From Nitrospirae bacterium MYbin3 (GTDB lineage Bacteria; Nitrospirota; Thermodesulfovibrionia; Thermodesulfovibrionales; Dissulfurispiraceae), in contig PEAD01000023.1 in the NCBI GenBank assembly GCA_002753335.1, forward strand, positions 1-49,524: 49,524 bases of DNA. The letters run 5' to 3'. The position numbers were made by a program, and so were the translations under genes. This document shows positions 48,915-49,524 of this stretch, piece after piece. Below the pieces are notes generated by a model. It did no database searches, was not told where the DNA came from, and saw only the letters and a list, made by a program, of their open reading frames with translations. Numbering within the stretch: position 1 is the stretch's first letter; every line of letters begins with the position of its first letter.

Positions 48915-49523
48915 TTAACGGTCGATGCGCTGAAAAATAAAATCTCCCCCGTCATGGCCGGAATTTCTGATGTTGTTATATTCGGGGATCTGTTCGGATT
49001 TCCCGGCTACGATCTCTTTAATACGGCCGTGGAATATCTCCTCAGCAGAAAAAACACCTTTCTCGGCCTCGTTCAATGCTCTCAAAAAAGCATCCGCGAA
49101 TACAGAGTATTTGCCACCTCCGCTGTCCGTAACAGGCTCATTGCCCCCGCTTGCCATTAATGTTCTGGAGGGACGCTGATGCATTTTTCTAAGAAACTCT
49201 TCTCTATTTCCTTTGCTCTTTAACTCTACAGAAACGCTTCTGTTTAATGTTCCTGAATAACAGCTGTCTGAAACAATAAGAATATGCTTTGCCGTAATGC
49301 GTTTTATGTTCGAGGTTATATCGTCAGCCATTATCCAGTCCGTTGGATCATCAGTTTGTGCATCCACAGGAAGCCAGTAGGCCTTCTCTGCCGTCTTGTC
49401 ATATTCACCATGTCCGGCATAATAAATGAGCAGGTTGTCTTTCTCGCCCAGTCTCTTTCTGAAATCATTTATAGCGCTAAGGATATCTTTTCTTGAGGCG
49501 TTGAGAAGAAGCTTTGTACTAAA
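48915..49523 (-). CDS. Caspase (peptidase C14) family protein, 5'-partial
   Basis: Frame is open to the window edge: ...LLNASRKDIL...DNLLIYYAGHG...YWLPVDA...IVSDSCYSG...; His/Cys dyad intact. Confidence 0.9.
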   Translation of the reverse strand, partial: FSTKLLLNASRKDILSAINDFRKRLGEKDNLLIYYAGHGEYDKTAEKAYWLPVDAQTDDPTDWIMADDITSNIKRITAKHILIVSDSCYSGTLNRSVSVELKSKGNREEFLRKMHQRPSRTLMASGGNEPVTDSGGGKYSVFADAFLRALNEAEKGVFSAEEIFHGRIKEIVAGKSEQIPEYNNIRNSGHDGGDFIFQRIDR

Positions 49524-49524
49524 A

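Noticed and set aside
283..49496. Many antisense or overlapping ORFs in the track (e.g. 283..663, 1313..1801, 20146..20763, 26734..27528, 43340..43912)
   Set aside because: Shadow frames of well-supported genes with no recognisable motifs.
1..49524. CRISPR arrays, tRNA/rRNA genes, prophage, integrase or magnetosome genes
   Set aside because: No regularly spaced repeats, cloverleaf motifs or matching proteins seen; intergenic gaps are short and mostly explained.

Overview
A 49.5 kb bacterial chromosomal segment, probably from an anaerobic Nitrospirota (Thermodesulfovibrionia-like) genome; this taxonomy is inferred from protein style and gene order, not from a search. From left to right it holds: the str/S10 ribosomal operon (rpsL-rpsG-fusA-tuf-rpsJ-rplC-rplD', with a 65-bp inverted chimeric junction at the window start); MBL hydrolase-birA-coaX-usp; a TonB-like gene; an unannotated stand-alone desulforedoxin; a GntR/TauE/DUF1634/USP cluster; a BdbC/BdbD-type disulfide pair; an orphan PBP-4xPAS hybrid kinase; truA; a csp + DEAD-box helicase module with a terminator-containing leader; rpsB-tsf-pyrH-frr-smallORF-dksA; a sigma54-type operon (small membrane protein + NrfD + Tat 4Fe-4S protein + 12-heme c7-type cytochrome); three accessory membrane genes; a complete 14-gene nuoA-N operon; PHP, TPR and MltD genes; and a partial caspase-family gene. 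I found no tRNA, rRNA, CRISPR array or intact mobile element. The best candidate for an undescribed system is the sigma54-driven quinol-to-heme-wire module. The cis-acting RNA structures (csp leader, hairpin inside truA, hairpin upstream of nuo) come next.
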